Part shown: piece after piece, positions 36,731 through 47,287 of the stretch | Numbering within the stretch: the stretch's first letter is position 1 | How the letters are laid out: each line of letters starts with the position of its first letter | Assembly: GCA_964592525.1 (NCBI GenBank) | Contig: CAZQFB010000001.1 | Location: forward strand, 1,212 to 65,211 | DNA length: 64,000 nucleotides | Direction: 5' to 3' | Source: an uncultured Candidatus Saccharibacteria bacterium | Lineage (GTDB): Bacteria; Patescibacteriota; WWE3; CAZQFB01 | The notes under the pieces: generated by a model | Databases searched by the model: none | What the model saw: the letters and a program-made list of their open reading frames with translations, nothing else | Told to the model about the DNA's origin: nothing | Translations under genes and position numbers: made by a program

Positions 36731-37522
36731 TTACTTTATAACACGATCAACCCGTTCAATGGCAACGGTTTTTCCGTTTTTGTCATCAATCTTTAACAAA
36801 ACACTATTAAACACTACTGGGCTGCCCTCTTCCACCCAAGTGAATTTGGTTGGAAACGGCAAGGTTAAAGCCTTAAGAGTGCAATAAGGATCAACCCCCA
36901 AAACCGAATGTTGGGTTCCAACCATACCGACATCAGTCACGTACCCCGTACCTTGCGGCATTATCCAGCAATCAGCGGTGGGTACATGGGTGTGGGTGCC
37001 AAAAACAGCAGAAACCCGACCGTCTACGTACCACCCCAGGGCGACTTTTTCGGAAGTGACTTCGGCGTGAAAATCAACTAGCGTGATAGCCACGTCAGAG
37101 GATTGTTCTTCTTGGAGGATGGTTTCAATTGCTTTGTAAGGACAATCAACAGGTTGATTTATTAAAGTGCGTCCGAGTAGATTAATGATTAATATCTTTA
37201 GGCCATTCGGTGTCTCTAACACACTAAAACCTCTCCCCGGGACAGGGTGAGAATAATTGGCAGGACGAATAATGGGCAGTGTTGGATCATCGAGAAGGTG
37301 ATGCTGACCATGCCAAATATGGTTACCCGAAGTAAAGAAATCAACCCCACTTGCGAGTAACTCTTTTAGGATAGTGCTATTGGTGCCACGACCACCTGCA
37401 GAATTCTCAATGTTCGCTAGAACAAAATCAATACTAGCAACTTCCCTTATTTTTGGCAATATTTCAGTAACGGCAGCAACGCCTGGTTTGGCTACTATGT
37501 CACCAATAAAAAGAATGTTCAT
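36731..37522 (-). CDS. ymdB: YmdB-like metallophosphoesterase (2',3'-cNMP phosphodiesterase family).
   Basis: MNILFIGDIVAKPG N-terminus and calcineurin-like metal motifs. Directly downstream of rny, the conserved rny-ymdB pair. Confidence 0.75.
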   Translation of the reverse strand: MNILFIGDIVAKPGVAAVTEILPKIREVASIDFVLANIENSAGGRGTNSTILKELLASGVDFFTSGNHIWHGQHHLLDDPTLPIIRPANYSHPVPGRGFSVLETPNGLKILIINLLGRTLINQPVDCPYKAIETILQEEQSSDVAITLVDFHAEVTSEKVALGWYVDGRVSAVFGTHTHVPTADCWIMPQGTGYVTDVGMVGTQHSVLGVDPYCTLKALTLPFPTKFTWVEEGSPVVFNSVLLKIDDKNGKTVAIERVDRVIK

Positions 37523-39031
37523 TTATCTTGCTGTTTCTTCGGCTCGTACTTCTCGTACGACAGTAACTTTCACTTGACCGGGATACACCAACTCTCGTTC
37601 AATTTTGGTGGCGATGTCTTGGGCTAATTTATAAGCACTAAGATCATCTATTTCTTCAGGAGTGACTACGACGCGGATTTCTCGCCCGGCGGAAATAGCA
37701 TAGGCGTGATCAACCCCAGTAAAGGATAAAGCTATTTTTTCTAAGTCCTCCATGCGTTTGATGTAAGCATCATAATCTTCATGTCGAGCGCCGGGGCGGG
37801 AGGCGGAAATAGCGTCAGCGATATAGACAATCAATGCTTCCACGGAGGAAAGCGGTTCATCTTCGTGATGCTGCGCGACGCAGGCAATTACTTCCGCAGG
37901 TAATTCGTGTTTTTTAAGTATTTCTACGCCAGCTTGGACATGGGTTTTTTCGTTGTCGTCTATGACTTTGCCAATATCATGGAGCAGACAAGCTAAGCGA
38001 ACAATATCAGCATCAGCGCCTAATTCTTTGGCCAACTTAATTCCTATCTGGGTTTCCTCCAGAGTGTGTTGAATCATGTTTTGACCATAAGAATAGCGAT
38101 ATTTGAAGCGTCCAAGTAAAGCAACTAATTCTTTAGGAAGATTGTAAACGTTGACTTGGTGACAAAGTTCTTCACCCGCTTTAAACATCATCTGTTCAAT
38201 TTCCCGAGTAGTTTTTTGGACTACTTCTTCGATTCGGGCGGGTTGAATGCGACCGTCTTTAATCAGTTGCTCTAAGGCTATTTTGGCGATTTCTCTTCTT
38301 ACTGGATCAAAGCAAGATAGTCTTATTTCACCAGGTGTTTCATCAAGTTCCACATTTACCCCGGTAGCTCTCTCAAAGGCTTTGATGTTTCTACCTTCCT
38401 TACCAATGATGCGCCCTTTGAGTTCTGGGTCTTTCATGGCAATAACGGAGGTGGTGTATTCAGGTACATATTCGGTAGCGCCGTATTTCATGATGTCTGC
38501 TAGAATTTCCCGCGCTCGGATGTCACTGACTTCTTTAATTTTTTCCTCGGCCTCTTTGATTTTTTTACCAATTTCTTGCGAGAGATTATCTTCAACGCGT
38601 TTCATGATTAGTTGTTCGGCTTCTTTTTTACTAAGCGTTGCTACCTTCTCTAACCTTTCAAGCTGTCTGTTTTTAAGATCAGCTACTTCTGCCATTTCTG
38701 TTTGTATTTTTTCCAGTTTGACCTTGATAGAATTTTCTTGTTGGCGAAGCTCTTCCAGGTTTTTTTCTAACCGCTCTTCTTTCTGGTGTAAGCGTTCTTC
38801 AATTTTTAAGCTCGTGACACGAATTATTTCGGCTTCTTCTTTGGCCTCTTCCTTAATCTTTAAAGCTTGATCTTTGGCGTTGATTAGTATTTCCTTAGCC
38901 GAAGACTCCGTTTCGTCTGTGTTTAGGGTAGGTGGCTGTGGAGGTCTTTTTTTGTTTTGGGTATGGAGATATGCGGCATAGCCCATGGCCAGCACCGCAA
39001 CGAGTGCGCTTGCAAGAGTGTATTCTGACAT
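37523..39031 (-). CDS. rny: Ribonuclease Y.
   Basis: N-terminal transmembrane segment, a long coiled-coil, a KH domain (GKEGRNIK) and an HD domain (LLHDIGK). Confidence 0.85.
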   Translation of the reverse strand: MSEYTLASALVAVLAMGYAAYLHTQNKKRPPQPPTLNTDETESSAKEILINAKDQALKIKEEAKEEAEIIRVTSLKIEERLHQKEERLEKNLEELRQQENSIKVKLEKIQTEMAEVADLKNRQLERLEKVATLSKKEAEQLIMKRVEDNLSQEIGKKIKEAEEKIKEVSDIRAREILADIMKYGATEYVPEYTTSVIAMKDPELKGRIIGKEGRNIKAFERATGVNVELDETPGEIRLSCFDPVRREIAKIALEQLIKDGRIQPARIEEVVQKTTREIEQMMFKAGEELCHQVNVYNLPKELVALLGRFKYRYSYGQNMIQHTLEETQIGIKLAKELGADADIVRLACLLHDIGKVIDDNEKTHVQAGVEILKKHELPAEVIACVAQHHEDEPLSSVEALIVYIADAISASRPGARHEDYDAYIKRMEDLEKIALSFTGVDHAYAISAGREIRVVVTPEEIDDLSAYKLAQDIATKIERELVYPGQVKVTVVREVRAEETAR

Positions 39032-39204
39032 GGTTGGTAATTTATCCTCATTGTATTAGTAAGTAAAATAAACAAAGATCCTGCATAGCAGGACCTCAAA
39101 CATTCTATCATTGAAAGGGTTAATGTCAATTAAAGCTGCTGGGGAGGATTTATTTTTACTTGCCTCTTTGATAATTATTAATTATGTTTGTGTACCAGTG
39201 CTTT

Positions 39205-39235
39205 TTGGAAACACTAGCTCTTGCATGAGTATAAT
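39205..39235 (+). promoter_or_regulatory. Candidate promoter (TTGGAA, 19-nt spacer, TATAAT) for a short leader transcript.
   Basis: ttggaa at 39205-10 and a perfect tataat at 39230-35. Confidence 0.4.
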
Positions 39236-39287
39236 AGACGATACTGGAGATAGTGGCTATGAGAGAAAGGAAAGGAGGTGTTGGAGA

Positions 39288-39324
39288 CCTCAAGCTATCA
39301 TTTAGCTTGAGGCCTTTGTTTTAT
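39288..39324 (+). terminator. Rho-independent terminator-like hairpin (CCTCAAGCT-atcattt-AGCTTGAGG then a T-tract) upstream of the comM-like gene.
   Basis: A perfect 9-bp stem followed by CCTTTGTTTTAT. Immediately followed by an extended -10 (TGgTATAAA, 39324-32) and an AGGAGG Shine-Dalgarno for the ATG at 39361. Confidence 0.5.
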
Positions 39325-39360
39325 GGTATAAATTCAGCACATGCATAATAGGAGGTAGTG

Positions 39361-40887
39361 ATGCTTTCCAGAGTGATGTCGGGAGCTGTGGTTGGGTTGG
39401 AGGCAGTACCAGTTGAGGTTGAGGTAGATATTGCCTCACAAGGCTTTCCGGCCTTTTCCATTGTTGGTTTGCCAGATAAGGCAATTGAAGAAGCTAAAGA
39501 TCGAGTTAGATCAGCTTTAACTAACAGTAGCGCACCTTTCCCGAATCGAAGAATTACCGTTAACTTATCGCCAGCAGATTTGCCAAAGAGTGGTCCGGCT
39601 TACGATTTTCCTATTTCGCTGGGTATCCTTTTGGCTTATAAACAACTACCTTCAGTTGATATAACGGACTCTCTTTTTTTGGGGGAAGTTTCTTTGGATG
39701 GTACTTTGCGTACTACGCCTGGAGTAATTTCTTTAGTTGGGATGGCGAAGGAGCAAGGCTTCAGAAAAGTATTTTTACCGTCAGTTAATGCTTCCGAAGC
39801 GTCTCTGGTTGAAGGTATTGCTGTTTATCCGGTTCACTCTATTGCCGAAATAATTGATCATTTTCAAGGTACTAAAGTTTTGGAATCTTTGCGGCGCAAA
39901 AACGAATGGCGACAGACAGGGCAAGAATATCCAGTTGATTTTGCTGATATTGTTGGGCAAGATCAGGCTAAAAGGGCGATGATTATTGCTGCTGCGGGTG
40001 GGCATAATATTTCCTTAACTGGACCTGCTGGTTCCGGTAAAACACTGCTAGCTAGAGCACTGCCTTCTATTTTACCGCCTTTATCAGTAGCAGAGGCTTT
40101 AGAAGTGACTAAAATCGCATCAATTACCGGTAATTTGCCCCGAGATACGGCTTTAATTACCCTTAGACCTTTTCGTTCTCCTCATCATACTGTGTCTCGC
40201 GCGGGTTTAATTGGTGGTGGTACCCATCCTCTTCCAGGTGAGATTAGTATGGCTCATCGTGGGGTCTTATTTTTAGATGAGTTTCCTGAATATCCCCGCC
40301 ATGTTTTAGAAGCGCTGCGACAACCGCTTGAAGATGGTGTGGTTACTGTGAGTCGGGCACGCATGGCACTGACTTTCCCAGCCAATTTTATGTTAGTGAC
40401 TGCCCAAAACCCCTGCCCATGTGGGAATTATGGTCACGCCCAAAAAGATTGTACTTGTAGTCCTCAACAGATTCTTAATTACCAGCGGAAGATTTCCGGT
40501 CCGATGCAGGATCGCATTGACCTACATGTTTATGTGCCTGCGGTAGAAGTAGCTAAACTTTCTTCTTCCGCTTTAGTTCAGTCTCGTGAAACTTCAGTTA
40601 CTCTTCGGGCTCAAGTAATTCGGGCTCGGGAAAGACAACAACACCGCTATCAACAGCTGGCTTATTTTTGTAATGCCGATATTACGGCTAAAATCATTAG
40701 TAACATCTGTTCTTTCTCGACTGACGCCACTGTGATCTTAAATAAAGCTATCAGTCAATTTGCTCTGTCGGCACGGTCTTACCATAAGGTGATTAAAATA
40801 GCCTTGACCATTGCTGATCTTGATGAGGAGGATGAGATTTCGGCGTGTCATGTTTCTGAAGCTCTGCAATATCGCGCTAAAGATTAA
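39361..40887 (+). CDS. YifB/ComM-family Mg-chelatase-like AAA+ ATPase.
   Basis: N-terminal Lon-like domain, Walker A GPAGSGKTL, and a C-terminal ComM region. Confidence 0.75.
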   Translation: MLSRVMSGAVVGLEAVPVEVEVDIASQGFPAFSIVGLPDKAIEEAKDRVRSALTNSSAPFPNRRITVNLSPADLPKSGPAYDFPISLGILLAYKQLPSVDITDSLFLGEVSLDGTLRTTPGVISLVGMAKEQGFRKVFLPSVNASEASLVEGIAVYPVHSIAEIIDHFQGTKVLESLRRKNEWRQTGQEYPVDFADIVGQDQAKRAMIIAAAGGHNISLTGPAGSGKTLLARALPSILPPLSVAEALEVTKIASITGNLPRDTALITLRPFRSPHHTVSRAGLIGGGTHPLPGEISMAHRGVLFLDEFPEYPRHVLEALRQPLEDGVVTVSRARMALTFPANFMLVTAQNPCPCGNYGHAQKDCTCSPQQILNYQRKISGPMQDRIDLHVYVPAVEVAKLSSSALVQSRETSVTLRAQVIRARERQQHRYQQLAYFCNADITAKIISNICSFSTDATVILNKAISQFALSARSYHKVIKIALTIADLDEEDEISACHVSEALQYRAKD

Positions 40888-41165
40888 TTCGTTAAGTATT
40901 GTACCCATTGGTTTTGTGTGCTGGCTAAGGCGATTAAAATAGCGATGACTAAAACCGTCACGATAAGGGTTTTTTGCAGATCATGTTTTAAATACTTTTT
41001 AAAGGTTTCGTTTTGTGGCGAAGGGCGGTTGTTAGTAAGGGTGACCACTTCTTTAGTACCTGGTTTAATAGGCTTAGTGCACGGTTGGACAACTTTATTT
41101 AAACGCCTTGCTTGGCTTTTAATTTTTTGTTTTTTAGTTTTTCTTTTAGACATCGTGTCTCCCAT
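40884..41165 (-). CDS. Small basic, C-terminally membrane-anchored protein (hypothetical).
   Basis: A Lys/Arg-rich N-terminus and a single C-terminal transmembrane segment. No clear Shine-Dalgarno. The + strand ORF 40918..41175 is an alternative. Confidence 0.25.
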   Translation of the reverse strand: MGDTMSKRKTKKQKIKSQARRLNKVVQPCTKPIKPGTKEVVTLTNNRPSPQNETFKKYLKHDLQKTLIVTVLVIAILIALASTQNQWVQYLTN

Positions 41166-41222
41166 ATTAAGTTAATGCGTGCCTCTCCTCAACCTGCTTT
41201 TAGTAGTGTACTATTTTATAAT

Positions 41223-41627
41223 ATGGAAATGGAGATGAAGCTGTTATTTATTTTGTTAGCTGGTTTGTTTTTGTATTCTTTAATTCTTTCGTTATTAATT
41301 CTTCGTTTGGCTAAAAGAGTCAAAAAGAACGAAGCTTTGTCACTTAAACAGCTGGCATCATCAGAGTATGGGGCATTACTAAAAATGAGTGAAAAGTATG
41401 TTCAGAAGGTTGGCATTGTTCGCTATAATCCGTATAATGATACAGGTGGAGATCAGAGCTTTGCTGTGGCTTTATTAGACGGTAAAGGTGATGGCATTGT
41501 TCTTTCCTCGCTTCACGGTCGGGATACTACAAGAATATTTGCTAAGCCTGTCAAAGATCGTAAAGAGGACTCGCACCCGTTGTCAGAGGAAGAAAAAGAA
41601 GCAATACAAAAAGCATTTAAGGAGTAA
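41223..41627 (+). CDS. DUF4446-like membrane protein.
   Basis: N-terminal transmembrane segment, then SEKYVQKVGIVRYNPYNDTGGDQSFAVALLDGKGDGIVLSSLHGRD, typical of the DUF4446 family. Start codon uncertain (41223, 41229 or 41235). Confidence 0.5.
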   Translation: MEMEMKLLFILLAGLFLYSLILSLLILRLAKRVKKNEALSLKQLASSEYGALLKMSEKYVQKVGIVRYNPYNDTGGDQSFAVALLDGKGDGIVLSSLHGRDTTRIFAKPVKDRKEDSHPLSEEEKEAIQKAFKE

Positions 41628-41632
41628 AAAAA

Positions 41633-42907
41633 ATGGCTTATTTAAAAAAAATAGCTCAAGAAAAAGATAACGCTGGACCATCGTTTAATGAGATTAACCA
41701 AGGTCGGGTAGAAGAATCCACAATTGAAGCGGGGATGGGTGTGAGCGAGAAAAAGAAAAAAATTCTTATAGGCTCGGTGGTTATCGCAATTTTAGTGGTT
41801 TTGGGGGTTAGCCTTTATTCTTTTTGGTCTTGGAACCGGGGTGGGGTTGAGTTAGCACCAGAAGCGGCGGAAGAGGGTACTGCTAATAAAATTGATCAAG
41901 CTAAAGCCAACGAAATTATTGCTAAGGAATTAGACCCAACCATTAATGCTGGCGAAAAAACGGAAGCTAGCCCAATTAACGGTGTGTTGTACACCAAGGA
42001 CAGAGCGGATTTTTGGAAAAAAAGAAGACCTATGGCGGTGGTGATTGAAAACCATATCGCCTCTAGACCACCTTATGGTTTAGCTGATGCAGAGATTGTT
42101 TTTGAAGCAGTTGCCGAGGGAGGGATTACCAGATTTGTAGCTGTATTTTTAGCTAATCAAACCGCGAGATTAGAGCCTATTCGGAGTGCCCGAGAGTATT
42201 TTTTGCATTGGTCAAGTGAGTTTGATGCTCTGTTTGTGCATCATGGTGGCGCTAGCTCTGATGATGCTAGTACTGATGCCTTAGGTAATATTGAAAAATA
42301 TGGTATTGATAACCTGGACTGCATTACGGGAGATAATCTTTGCACTAGAGACGAAAGCAGAGAAGCCCCGCACAACTCCATGAGCAATACTCCCTATTTA
42401 TGGGAAAGAGCTAGTGAGAAAGGCATTAATGATTCGGTTAGCTTTGCGTCTTGGAAATTTAAAGAGGATTTGGTTGAAACCGAAAGACCGCTTAGTCAAA
42501 ATATCTCCTACAATTTTTGGGATTATCCGGATTATCTTGTACGTTGGGAATATGATCCCCAAACAAACCTATATAAAAGAACAAATGGTGGTTTGATCAC
42601 TGATATTCATCTTGATGCGAACTATAATCAGCAACTAGCTGCTAAGAATATAATTGTCCAGAAGATGGGTCAGAAAGTAGTGGATGATGGTACTCCTCAT
42701 CCCCACTTAGTATTTGATACTATCGGTACGGGTGACGCGGTAATCTTTTTGGATGGTAAAAAAATTGAGGCGACTTGGGAAAAGACCGACCGTACTTCTC
42801 GGACAATGTATTATGACGCTATAACTGGGGAGGAACTTGAGTTTAATCGTGGTCAGATCTGGGTGTCAGTGGTACCAGTGGAAAACTTAATACAAGTGAC
42901 AAATTAA
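41633..42907 (+). CDS. DUF3048 (YerB-like) secreted or lipoprotein-like protein.
   Basis: Transmembrane or signal segment followed by RPMAVVIENHIASRPPYGLADAEIVFEAVAEGGITRFVAVF, the DUF3048 core. Confidence 0.55.
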   Translation: MAYLKKIAQEKDNAGPSFNEINQGRVEESTIEAGMGVSEKKKKILIGSVVIAILVVLGVSLYSFWSWNRGGVELAPEAAEEGTANKIDQAKANEIIAKELDPTINAGEKTEASPINGVLYTKDRADFWKKRRPMAVVIENHIASRPPYGLADAEIVFEAVAEGGITRFVAVFLANQTARLEPIRSAREYFLHWSSEFDALFVHHGGASSDDASTDALGNIEKYGIDNLDCITGDNLCTRDESREAPHNSMSNTPYLWERASEKGINDSVSFASWKFKEDLVETERPLSQNISYNFWDYPDYLVRWEYDPQTNLYKRTNGGLITDIHLDANYNQQLAAKNIIVQKMGQKVVDDGTPHPHLVFDTIGTGDAVIFLDGKKIEATWEKTDRTSRTMYYDAITGEELEFNRGQIWVSVVPVENLIQVTN

Positions 42908-42938
42908 CAAGCGTCTATTTCTGCCCTGTGAAAGTAGT

Positions 42939-43577
42939 TTGAGGAGACAGGCTTCAGCGTTGAGGCGTTGGTCTGTTGAATCCATAATGCTAAAAGAATT
43001 ATTTATTTCTGAAGTCAGGGTTAACATGCTCAAGCTTTTTTTGCTCTCAGGCGTTGACCAAGAACGCGGCTTGCATGTCCGTGAAATTACGAGGAAGGTT
43101 GGGACCGAAATTAATGCGGTTCGGCGTGAATTATCCCGCTTAACAAAACTTAAAATGCTCAAACGAGAGGATCGTGGTAATCGAGTTTATTATCGGTTAC
43201 GGGAAGACTTTCCGCTTAAAACAGAGCTAACGGCGATGCTTATTAAAGAGGAGGGTTTGGGAGCGAGGATTATTGGTGAAAACCGGCGTTTCGGGCGCAT
43301 AAGTTATGCGGTGATGAACCTGGAATTTGCTTTTGGCCGAATACCCAAACCCAATGAGGTAGATATTTTGTTTGTGGGCACTATTTCTGTTGAAAATGTA
43401 CAGCAGTTTATTAAACAGGAAGAAGCCAAACTAGGTCGTGACATTCATTTTTCTATTATGGGTGATGATGAATTTGAGTTTAGAAAACAAAAAAGGGATT
43501 CTTTTGTGCTAGATATTTTAATGCAGCCAACTGTACTCTTGATAGGTGATCCGGTCAAATTTGCCAAACTCTCTTAA
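42939..43577 (+). CDS. Winged-helix (ArsR/MarR-like) transcription regulator with an unknown C-terminal domain.
   Basis: HTH region VREITRKVGTEINAVRRELSRLTKLKMLKRE. Confidence 0.4.
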   Translation: MRRQASALRRWSVESIMLKELFISEVRVNMLKLFLLSGVDQERGLHVREITRKVGTEINAVRRELSRLTKLKMLKREDRGNRVYYRLREDFPLKTELTAMLIKEEGLGARIIGENRRFGRISYAVMNLEFAFGRIPKPNEVDILFVGTISVENVQQFIKQEEAKLGRDIHFSIMGDDEFEFRKQKRDSFVLDILMQPTVLLIGDPVKFAKLS

Positions 43578-44174
43578 TCATTTTTGTAGGTTGGTGCGCG
43601 GTTATTTTTGTGATAGTGCTAATGAACACTCCAACTTAAGGGGGAATTAACTGTGTGTTGAGCTGTGATATTTGCTTTGAAGGTGACGAACGACTTGTTA
43701 AATTAACAGTGGGGCGTTTCTGTGCTACACCGGAAGTTGCTGACCACATGTGTAGAAGATCAGGAAGACCCTAGGGTTGTTCTGCTGCCCTACAACTGTG
43801 ACAACGGTGGGATATACCAAGAGCTGGTAGCAGTTTTGTTGCACACCTCGTTTCAAACTTCCCTGTTTGGGGGGACCTCCAGGATGAGGCAATATTTTTG
43901 GGGTGCTTGGCAAAATAGATTACTAACTACTTTGCTTAAGTAGCACAGCCAAAATAAAGGTTCTAGTCGTTTGCGCTTGACGTTGGGGGAACAAGCTAAG
44001 CTGGCGGTAGCTTTTCCTGACTTATCCTTTACGTACCGGAAACACCCCTCGTCTTGTATGAGCAGACGCAGACACTCTTCGGGGTCATTAAGGATCTGTG
44101 CACGTAAACGTGAAGCCTTGGTTATTAAATATTTGTAGAACCAAGACTTGTTTTTTTGTGTGGGGGCTTGGGGT

Positions 44175-44204
44175 GTTGACATTCTCCCATTCTGTTTGCT
44201 AGAA
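44175..44204 (+). promoter_or_regulatory. groESL promoter (TTGACA, 18 nt, TAGAAT).
   Basis: ttgaca at 44175-80 and tagaat at 44199-204. About 55 nt upstream of groES, with GGAG before the ATG. Confidence 0.55.
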
Positions 44205-44257
44205 TGCCCTCGCTTTGCTACACAACTGAACATATACATATTACAAGGAGATAAAAC

Positions 44258-44542
44258 ATGAATCTAAAAATGCTCAACGACAATATTTTAGTAGAACCTT
44301 TGGATACTGAAACTACTACCGCTTCGGGTATAGTGATTCCTGATACAGCTAAAGAAAAGCCCCAGAAAGGTAAAGTACTAAGTGTTGGTCCTGGGCGTTT
44401 CGCTGATGGACAGAGAGTTGAAATGCAGGTTAAAAAAGGGGATGTCGTTATTTACCGAAAATGGGGAGGCAACGAAGTTAAAGTCCAGAACAAGGAAATG
44501 ATGGTAGTTAAAGAGGAAGATATCCTCGCTATTGTTGAATAA
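44258..44542 (+). CDS. groES: Co-chaperonin GroES.
   Basis: 94 aa with a canonical mobile loop and beta-barrel. Confidence 0.9.
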   Translation: MNLKMLNDNILVEPLDTETTTASGIVIPDTAKEKPQKGKVLSVGPGRFADGQRVEMQVKKGDVVIYRKWGGNEVKVQNKEMMVVKEEDILAIVE

Positions 44543-46177
<1,635 letters not shown>

Positions 46178-46239
46178 CCATAAAGGTTTATTTGTAGGAT
46201 AAAACCAGCGCTAAAAAAAGAATAATCACTTGGAGCAAA

Positions 46240-46272
46240 GGACCCGTGACGACGGGTTCTTTTGCTGTTTGT
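46240..46272 (+). terminator. Rho-independent terminator after groEL.
   Basis: GGACCCGT-gacg-ACGGGTTC stem followed by TTTTGCTGTTTG. Confidence 0.6.
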
Positions 46273-46286
46273 TAGTTAAATAAATA

Positions 46287-46661
46287 TTATTTAAGTAGTA
46301 GGTACGACTGATACACAACCAGAAAAGCACTTAAAATAATTAATAAGACAAATATAATTTGGCAAGTATTAAATATTCCTGTCCGTTCCCTTCTAATGTT
46401 TTGTGAAGTCTGTTTTTCTTCTTGGAAATATCTTTTAAAAATCTGACTTGCCGCTTCGTGGCTGAAACTTTTTAACATAAGCCTTATGGTAACTAACCAG
46501 GATAGACACATAAGTACTATATAATCTAGTTTTACGGTTGGTGCTCTTAATAAAACGTAATATGTAAAAGTTACTGCCAAAAAAAGTAACAAGATTAGAT
46601 AATATCTTGGGGCTTGCTGAAGCACTTTATGGGGAAATAGCCTTTTTAGATAATTAGTCAT
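46287..46661 (-). CDS. Small polytopic membrane protein, unknown.
   Basis: Three hydrophobic helices. Confidence 0.35.
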   Translation of the reverse strand: MTNYLKRLFPHKVLQQAPRYYLILLLFLAVTFTYYVLLRAPTVKLDYIVLMCLSWLVTIRLMLKSFSHEAASQIFKRYFQEEKQTSQNIRRERTGIFNTCQIIFVLLIILSAFLVVYQSYLLLK

Positions 46662-46669
46662 ATGTTTAT

Positions 46670-47287
46670 TTAATTATTAGGGTTACGCTTGAGAAGCTTT
46701 GCAGCATTATTATTTGGAGTAGCCTTTCCCACGCGACAACTAATGAGCGCCTCGTTGTAAGGTTGACAGAGGTCGTGAACTACTTTTAACGACGTTTGTG
46801 GGTTAAGGTAAAGCGACTCATCGCTGGGTTTAAGAATAATGGGCATTCGGTTATGGATTGGCTTGACGGTATCGTTAGCAGCGCAAGTTAGAATACTAAA
46901 TTCATTTTGTTCATAAATACCGGCAAAGGAACAAGGTTTGTTTTGTGGCAGACTAATATAATAAGGCTGCTTACCGTGGGTTGTTTTCTGCCACTCATAA
47001 AAACCATTGTTTGGGACTAGACATCTGTTGTGAGCAAACAATTTATTAAAGTGTTCTTTTTCTAAAACTGTTTCACTTCTAATGTTTATTAATAAAGTGC
47101 GCTGGTTTCCCCAGGATACCGCTAAGCCCCATTTTTTGAAATTAACTTTGTGATCAATAGTATTGGTGATTATGGGCATGAGCATTGTTGGGGTGACATT
47201 ATAATTTTTTTCAAGTGGCGGGAGTTTTTTTAAATTAAAACGCATCGCAAAATCATCGTTGGGAATAAATACATAGCGACCACACAT
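46670..47287 (-). CDS. SOS-response-associated peptidase (SRAP/YedK, DUF159).
   Basis: Starts MCGRY (catalytic Cys2). The ATG overlaps the upstream stop (TAATG). Confidence 0.7.
   Translation of the reverse strand: MCGRYVFIPNDDFAMRFNLKKLPPLEKNYNVTPTMLMPIITNTIDHKVNFKKWGLAVSWGNQRTLLINIRSETVLEKEHFNKLFAHNRCLVPNNGFYEWQKTTHGKQPYYISLPQNKPCSFAGIYEQNEFSILTCAANDTVKPIHNRMPIILKPSDESLYLNPQTSLKVVHDLCQPYNEALISCRVGKATPNNNAAKLLKRNPNN

Noticed and set aside
40918-41175. A + strand 85-aa ORF overlapping the minus-strand small basic protein.
   Set aside because: The two mutually exclusive ORFs cannot be resolved from sequence alone. The minus-strand version, which has a tail-anchor architecture, is reported at low confidence and the + strand one is not called.
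43590-43660. CIRCE/HrcA operator upstream of groESL.
   Set aside because: Only a half-site-like AGTGCTAA is present. There is no TTAGCACTC-N9-GAGTGCTAA inverted repeat.
43680-44170. tmRNA or SRP RNA in the groESL upstream gap. A GGGGCG... 5' end and a possible ...NYFA* tag frame were examined.
   Set aside because: No tRNA-like acceptor/T-arm end (GGUUCGAnUCC...CCA) and no SRP domain-IV motif (GGAAGCAGCC) were found. It is left as an unassigned possible ncRNA.
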